Assembly: GCA_036337435.1 (NCBI GenBank)
Contig: JAYZEG010000022.1
Location: 1 to 21,208, forward strand
Reading direction: 5' to 3'
Source of the DNA: Myxococcota bacterium
GTDB lineage: Bacteria > Myxococcota_A > Bradymonadia > UBA7976 > UBA1532
DNA: 21,208 bases
How positions within the stretch are numbered: position 1 is the first letter of the stretch; each line of letters opens with the position of its first letter. Below the pieces are notes generated by a model. The model saw nothing but the letters and a program-made list of their open reading frames with translations, did no database searches and had not been told where the DNA came from. Shown here in pieces: positions 16,045 to 21,208 of this stretch. Both the position numbers and the translations under genes were made by a program.

Positions 16045-16434
16045 ATGAAACACGCCTTTGGACAAGCTGTCACCTTCCTCTACGTACAGAACCTAGAGCA
16101 GTCGTTGCATTTCTACCAGACGACCTTGGGACTCGAAACAGCATTGGTGCAAGACGGTTGCATCATTTTGAAAATCGACCGACACAATGCGGCCTTTCTG
16201 GGGCTTTGTAATTGCACCGAATCTCGGTCGACCGCCGGCATGATTCTCACCTTAGTCAGTGAGGACTTAAGGGTCATTCATAGCCAATTGATCGCCGGAG
16301 GGTACAGTCCCGATGGCCCTCCCCGCTACAACGAGCGTTTTGACATCACCCAATTTTTTGTGAACGACCCCGACGGCCACCACGACGAAGTACAGACCTT
16401 TCATGATTCGAAGTGGCCCCAGCCGGTGCGCTAA
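16045..16434 (+). CDS. VOC (glyoxalase/bleomycin resistance) family protein
   Basis: LYVQNLEQSLHFYQTTLGL and FFVNDPDGH..EVQ signatures; about 129 aa. Alternative TTG start at 16039. Confidence 0.88.
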   Translation: MKHAFGQAVTFLYVQNLEQSLHFYQTTLGLETALVQDGCIILKIDRHNAAFLGLCNCTESRSTAGMILTLVSEDLRVIHSQLIAGGYSPDGPPRYNERFDITQFFVNDPDGHHDEVQTFHDSKWPQPVR

Positions 16435-16435
16435 C

Positions 16436-17779
16436 TTACCGGCGCAGCAGGCGAGCGAGCCGCATGCCATAAGCCCGTTCAGGCAGCCGTACGGTCCAAA
16501 GTGCAGCCAAACCATCCCCCGCTAAATGGACCGCCGGTGTGTACGGGGGCAGATTCTGCCTATCCAATTCAATCATCTGAGTCACCGTTCCAGTCCCATC
16601 CAGGATACTGAGCATCATGCCTACATCGTCACGCAGCCCATTGAGCCTCAAAAGAGCAAAGCCACTGCCTGGATACGCTGACAATGCCCCCAGGTAAGAA
16701 CCGTCCGAATCTGCAAGGTCCACCGGGACAGCACGTGACTGCCCATCGGCGAGTCGATACAAAAATAGACGTGGTGCGGCAATGTGCCCCAAAATAAGGG
16801 CATCACCGGTGTCCGGTGCGACTTCGACGGCCGGCTTTTCCAGACCGATGTCTACGGGCCCTATGTTGAACTCACTGGCTTGGGCCATCCCATCGGATGA
16901 AAACCAGCGCCCCCGCAGCTGACTCGGGCGCATGTCGTCAAAATGATGCTCCCACACAACAAGACTTCTGTCCGTACGCCGATCCACGGCCACGCTCGGA
17001 TAAAGCTGACTCCCTTGTTCATCTTCATTCGCTCTCGTCAACGAAATTAATTCGCCCGAGGCGTCGACACTCGCATGAAAGATACCGAAGGTGCCATTCA
17101 CTTCAGCTGACACACCGACTACGACAAAGCCACCCGTTGCGTGACAGCTGATGGACGGCAGCCAATGGTTGCCCAGGGCATCGTCGCCAATGCGACGGCT
17201 CTCCACCCCCTCCGGAACCCCATCGCTGGATACGAGCCGATATCGGACATGCAGATTCGGTTGCGCCCCACCAGTATCCGCCGCCCAGGCGACCGCGAAG
17301 CCGCCCGCAGCCAAGGGGCAAATCACCGGCTCATTCTCTTGGCCCGACGTCCAAGCACTCAGCGCGACTGGGTCCGCTATGGCTTGGCCCCCACTATCCA
17401 AAGATGAAAACCAAACCGTCAGCCGGTCATCGCCCATCCCACACCAAGCCATGCCGAGGCGACCATCTGAACCAAAGGCCAAATCTCCTTGTATCGCTGC
17501 GGGCTGGGTCGGGCTCAAAGAGGTCAGCTCTGGCTGCCCTAGTTCAAGCGGTGCTGCAGCATCTTGGAGCACGGCCATATCGACCAGAGCCATCCCGACG
17601 TGAGAATCCGATGTATCTTGATTAAGATGCCCCGCGCCATCGGTCGCATCCACGAAAGCATCAACAACGATCAGTGTGTCGCCTTCATGCTCACCATGAC
17701 AGCCAAGAACCATCAATAGCAGAAGAGAAAACACATACGCTCGGTACGGCTGACACAAGCGTGGTTCCTTAGTCGGCAT
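16436..17779 (-). CDS. Predicted lipoprotein with ~7 blade-like repeats (beta-propeller), function unknown
   Basis: Lipobox-like LLLLMVLG-C, Asp/Ala-rich linker, then seven ~50-55 aa repeats (for example NEPVICPLAAGGFAVAW..YRLVSSDG and LYPSVAVD..SLVVWE..RWFSSDG). ATG 17779 overlaps the upstream gene's end; exact start is uncertain (track start is 17797). Confidence 0.8.
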   Translation of the reverse strand: MPTKEPRLCQPYRAYVFSLLLLMVLGCHGEHEGDTLIVVDAFVDATDGAGHLNQDTSDSHVGMALVDMAVLQDAAAPLELGQPELTSLSPTQPAAIQGDLAFGSDGRLGMAWCGMGDDRLTVWFSSLDSGGQAIADPVALSAWTSGQENEPVICPLAAGGFAVAWAADTGGAQPNLHVRYRLVSSDGVPEGVESRRIGDDALGNHWLPSISCHATGGFVVVGVSAEVNGTFGIFHASVDASGELISLTRANEDEQGSQLYPSVAVDRRTDRSLVVWEHHFDDMRPSQLRGRWFSSDGMAQASEFNIGPVDIGLEKPAVEVAPDTGDALILGHIAAPRLFLYRLADGQSRAVPVDLADSDGSYLGALSAYPGSGFALLRLNGLRDDVGMMLSILDGTGTVTQMIELDRQNLPPYTPAVHLAGDGLAALWTVRLPERAYGMRLARLLRR

Positions 17780-19604
17780 ACCAAACCATATAGACACTCA
17801 AATCGATATTGCCTCCAGCCGGGTCTCCGCCGGCCATGTTTGCCGAGTAAGTCACAAGCTGGGTCTCATCGCCATTAAGAAGGTCGGTGACATCAAATCG
17901 CATCGCATCAACCGGCCACCCGGGACACCAATAAGCCCGTGCGACAGCCCAGTTTCCATATTGGCCCGGCGGCACACCCGAACGAGACTCCTCGGCGCAT
18001 CCACGTAGACGCCCAATCTGCAACTCCGATCGAATTTCCTCTAACGCATTCCCATTGACTGAAAAGACGTGTCGGTGGTCACACCATTCTGAGCAGTTCG
18101 CATCGCCGTTCTGCCCGTGACCACTCAAAATCACAACCAGCTCCGCCCGCGTCGCGTCGGGTGGCAACGACACCTCAACTGGGCCGTGATTCATGTTGTA
18201 GTCTGCGTTGAACCCGCCACCTCGATACAAACGCTGAGCACCGATCGCCTTCGGCCCCCCGATACTTGAGAACCTCAAATCAAACCGAGCCGCCCGCTCT
18301 GTAGCGCGCTCCCATGTTGGACCCATCTCGATTTTAAATGTGTGCGCCCCACCCGTTCTCAAATAGGCCAAAAATGGACTCGCATCAATCACCCACCGTC
18401 GGTGTCCACGTCGCCAATAAGGCGTGATCCAACGTACGATTTCTCGCTGCTCTGCACACTCGGGATCGAGGCAATATTGAATTCGAGCATTCCGATCCCA
18501 CTCGGAGCAGGCAAAAACGTTTCGATGCGGACATGTCACCTGGATATCGATTTCGAACCGATCGAAGCTTGCCATTGTGTCTGCGTCCGGAAGCGTCACG
18601 GTCTTCACATGATGGCGGGCTGTGACCATGTCATCCAGAATCGTGACCACGGTTGCGTTACTCTCCTCAAGCCGTGTCTCAAGCTCAGCTTTGTGATTGA
18701 AAAAATGGCCCGCATAGGCGGCCATGCCCCAAACCGACGGTTGGCCGACCACCGGACTCAAACTACCCACAGAGTCCCACTTTTGGTGCCGATCGATCGC
18801 AAACGCGAAAGGAAGCGGCGGCTGCGCTCGGCCCCGATTGCCCAGGTCTACGACGCTAGATGGGGTGAAAAGAAACCTCATATAATCGCGAAAAAATGCC
18901 CCAACGCTGCCGTCAATAACAGTCACTCGGTCAGTCACAAAGTGAAAGCGAGACCGCCAGTAGGCCCGATCTGCCTCGTCCGCTAGGCGATTGACAAGCT
19001 CGGACTCCAGGCGCTGGCGTTGGGCCTCCATGCGCTCAGCAATGGCCGAGGGGTCGTCCTCGTAAGAAACGAAAAAATAGTGAACGTTTCGAGGCCCTGC
19101 CTCGAACAACTCGGCGATCCTGGACGCCCATAGCCCGTCTCCTACCCATAAGGAGCCATCTGAATTCGCCCTGATATCCGGGAAATAGGTGAGAAAGACA
19201 TAGGAATCACAACCGCTCCACTCGTCTGCCAGAGACCATGATCCGGTGAGCGTATTTGCGGTGAATCCACCAGCTGCATCACCAAATTCAAACGTGGCGG
19301 CACCATCTGGATTAAAGGACCGTTTGGCAAACCCAAGGGTCTCGCAGACATCCTGACGTGAAGACATCGCATCAGGGGTAAGCACCGAGGCATCAACTCC
19401 GCCTGCGTCTGCTGAAGGGTCATCCATGCCCTCTACGTCCGCCATCGACGCGTCGCGGACGGCAATTGAACCGTCGATCTCCACACTCGCGTCTGCGCTT
19501 ATGATCACAGTTTGCCCGTCCGAGCCAGCATTGTCGCTCGTACACGCGACGAGGCAAAGAAAGGCCACGGCAAATGCAATCCGACTCAGTAAAGACCAAC
19601 CCAT
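17769..19604 (-). CDS. Lipoprotein with peptide-N-glycosidase F (PNGase F)-like domains
   Basis: Lipobox AFLCLVA-C and acidic linker. PNGase F-type motifs CSEWDR, EIVRWITPYW, ILSGHG, CSEWCDHRH, GVPPGQYGNW and RAYWCPGWPV. AGGGA RBS. Confidence 0.85.
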   Translation of the reverse strand: MGWSLLSRIAFAVAFLCLVACTSDNAGSDGQTVIISADASVEIDGSIAVRDASMADVEGMDDPSADAGGVDASVLTPDAMSSRQDVCETLGFAKRSFNPDGAATFEFGDAAGGFTANTLTGSWSLADEWSGCDSYVFLTYFPDIRANSDGSLWVGDGLWASRIAELFEAGPRNVHYFFVSYEDDPSAIAERMEAQRQRLESELVNRLADEADRAYWRSRFHFVTDRVTVIDGSVGAFFRDYMRFLFTPSSVVDLGNRGRAQPPLPFAFAIDRHQKWDSVGSLSPVVGQPSVWGMAAYAGHFFNHKAELETRLEESNATVVTILDDMVTARHHVKTVTLPDADTMASFDRFEIDIQVTCPHRNVFACSEWDRNARIQYCLDPECAEQREIVRWITPYWRRGHRRWVIDASPFLAYLRTGGAHTFKIEMGPTWERATERAARFDLRFSSIGGPKAIGAQRLYRGGGFNADYNMNHGPVEVSLPPDATRAELVVILSGHGQNGDANCSEWCDHRHVFSVNGNALEEIRSELQIGRLRGCAEESRSGVPPGQYGNWAVARAYWCPGWPVDAMRFDVTDLLNGDETQLVTYSANMAGGDPAGGNIDLSVYMVWYAD

Positions 19605-19708
19605 CTCGAATATCCCTAAGTGTTAACCCGACCTACAGTGGACTATACACCAGGTGCAGAAGCAAATCATTTGCCCGTGGATGTTGGCGGTTGATTTCAT
19701 AGAATCCC

Positions 19709-19737
19709 TTGGGCTTAGCCCGCTAAGGCTATAGACT
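19709..19737 (+). promoter_or_regulatory. Possible promoter TTGGGC-N17-TAGACT for the kinase gene (leaderless geometry)
   Basis: The -10-like TAGACT ends 7 nt before ATG 19745, which has no Shine-Dalgarno. The spacer carries the inverted repeat CTTAGC-CC-GCTAAG. Confidence 0.35.
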
Positions 19738-19744
19738 AGTCCAT

Positions 19745-21208
19745 ATGACAGAGCCCGCCGAACATTTGACCGTCCGATGCAGTCGCTGCCAAAAAGGTTA
19801 TCGCGATCGCTTGCCCGGCTCTCTCTGTGACTGTTCTGGAGGCGTGCTCCTCGATGTCAGACGCAGTCGCATGCACAAAGGTGACCCGCTCATCGGTCAG
19901 ATCATCGGTCAATCTTATGCGATATTCGATCGTCTAGGCTCAGGCGCAATGGGCAGTGTTTACAAGGCTAGACATGTGAGACTGGACAGGCTCGCTGCGA
20001 TTAAGCTCATCAGTGCGACAAGCCAAGATGACGCCCATGATGATGAGCTGCGCAGCCGTTTCCTCAGAGAAGCAAAAGCCCTCTCAAACGTTCGCCACGA
20101 TAGCGTAATCACCGTCTACGATTACGGATCTCACGGTGAGAAACTGTACATGGTCCTCGAGTTTATTGGCGGTCAAAATTTATGGCAGCTACTCCGGGAT
20201 AAAAACGGGCTACCCATCGAACGAGCTCTGCCCATTCTAAGGCAGTTAGCGGAGGCCGTTGGCGCAATTCATGCGGTTAAAATTGTTCATCGAGATCTAA
20301 AACCCGGAAACATCATGATCGACGATAGCCATGGGGCCGATCGGGTCGTGCTTATCGATTTCGGCATTGCGAAGACCCTCCCTCCTGCTGGCCGTGAATC
20401 GGACATGCCTCCACTCACCCAAGCGGGCCTGATGGTTGGCACACCAAAATACATGGCTCCAGAGCAGCTCATGAATGGAAAACTGGGCCCGTGGACAGAC
20501 ATCTATGCGCTTGGCGTCTTAGTGTATCGGGTGCTCTCTGGACAGACCCCCTTCAATGGCCATCAGGCTGAAATCGCAGCGTCTCACTTGAGAGACCCTG
20601 TCCCACCATTGCCAAGCCATCTCCAACTTTCACCCTTCGACGCCGTTATACGAAAGGCTATGAATAAGGATCCTGCTGGCCGCTTCAAAGACACCAAACA
20701 ATTGGAAAGTGCCCTCATCGACGCTTGGGTCGACGTGAGTGGCGCAGACGCGGTCAAAACTACTCAACCCATCGAAATTGTGCCGGGAAAACGCGGGGGC
20801 GAGGCCACCGACTACAACACAAGCATTGTCACCACGACAACGGAAAGCACCGGATACACTCCACTGGTCGACCCAAGCCTTGGAGCAGAGTCAGATACGA
20901 TGACGGAAGCCGAGTCCGATGGTTCCCAATCCGGCTGGCGCGGGGTTATCGAGGCCCCGGTGGACAAAGACCTCAATGCCGATGGCTCGAATCGACCCAG
21001 TCGTCGTCTCTGGGTTGCACTTATTGTGATGACGTCTGCCGGTGTTGCCTACCACATGGCCTCGGGTTCCGATTCAACCGCTGAGCCCGCTGCCATATCA
21101 AGAACAACGAAGGCTCTCGGACAGGGGACCATCGAGGTCTTCACCATGGAGCCCCCCGCAAACGCTGTCAAGGAGCCGGCAGCGACATCAGCCCAACTGG
21201 TTCCGACG
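19745..21208 (+). CDS. Hanks-type Ser/Thr protein kinase with N-terminal Cys motif and a TM helix, 3'-truncated by the window edge (absent from the ORF track)
   Basis: Manual translation gives 488 codons with no stop: LGSGAMGSVYKA, AAIKLI, RFLREA, HRDLKPGN (20288), DFGIAK (20357), GTPKYMAPEQ, DIYALG, a Thr/acidic linker, and TM segment LWVALIVMTSAGVAY (~21008-21052). Confidence 0.95.
   Translation, partial: MTEPAEHLTVRCSRCQKGYRDRLPGSLCDCSGGVLLDVRRSRMHKGDPLIGQIIGQSYAIFDRLGSGAMGSVYKARHVRLDRLAAIKLISATSQDDAHDDELRSRFLREAKALSNVRHDSVITVYDYGSHGEKLYMVLEFIGGQNLWQLLRDKNGLPIERALPILRQLAEAVGAIHAVKIVHRDLKPGNIMIDDSHGADRVVLIDFGIAKTLPPAGRESDMPPLTQAGLMVGTPKYMAPEQLMNGKLGPWTDIYALGVLVYRVLSGQTPFNGHQAEIAASHLRDPVPPLPSHLQLSPFDAVIRKAMNKDPAGRFKDTKQLESALIDAWVDVSGADAVKTTQPIEIVPGKRGGEATDYNTSIVTTTTESTGYTPLVDPSLGAESDTMTEAESDGSQSGWRGVIEAPVDKDLNADGSNRPSRRLWVALIVMTSAGVAYHMASGSDSTAEPAAISRTTKALGQGTIEVFTMEPPANAVKEPAATSAQLVPT

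Noticed and set aside
20725..21084. 119-aa ORF in the track (also 20287-20502 minus)
   Set aside because: Both are out-of-frame or antisense shadows of the Ser/Thr kinase, which is open from 19745 to the window end.
1..21208. CRISPR arrays, rRNA, IS elements, defence systems, long tandem DNA repeats
   Set aside because: No regularly spaced repeats or corresponding protein motifs were seen by eye. All intergenic gaps are under about 360 nt.

Overview
Gene-dense bacterial chromosomal segment with about 15 protein-coding genes. No rRNA, tRNA, CRISPR array, transposase or phage gene was recognised. A MYXO-CTERM-like tail, a Cys-rich motif, Asp-Ala-rich lipoprotein linkers and a membrane Hanks-type kinase point to Myxococcota or a related deltaproteobacterium (inference). 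Order: 5'-truncated allantoicase-OHCU decarboxylase fusion, HIU hydrolase (uraH), an SDR closely resembling eukaryotic peroxisomal 2,4-dienoyl-CoA reductase, a small helical ORF, a minus-strand GH25 muramidase with surface-sorting tail, a large NAD-specific glutamate dehydrogenase, a 2-TM hypothetical protein, a cytidylate-kinase-like protein, a strongly self-complementary ~145-nt intergenic element, tldD-pmbA-fadH-VOC, a minus-strand lipoprotein pair (PNGase F-like amidase plus a predicted 7-bladed beta-propeller), and a 3'-truncated Ser/Thr kinase missing from the ORF track. Most of this is recognisable catabolic metabolism. The best leads for new biology are the structured element upstream of tldD, the PNGase F/propeller lipoprotein pair, the GH25 architecture, and the DECR2-like reductase attached to a purine-degradation operon. 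All family calls come from motifs read by eye; no searches were run.
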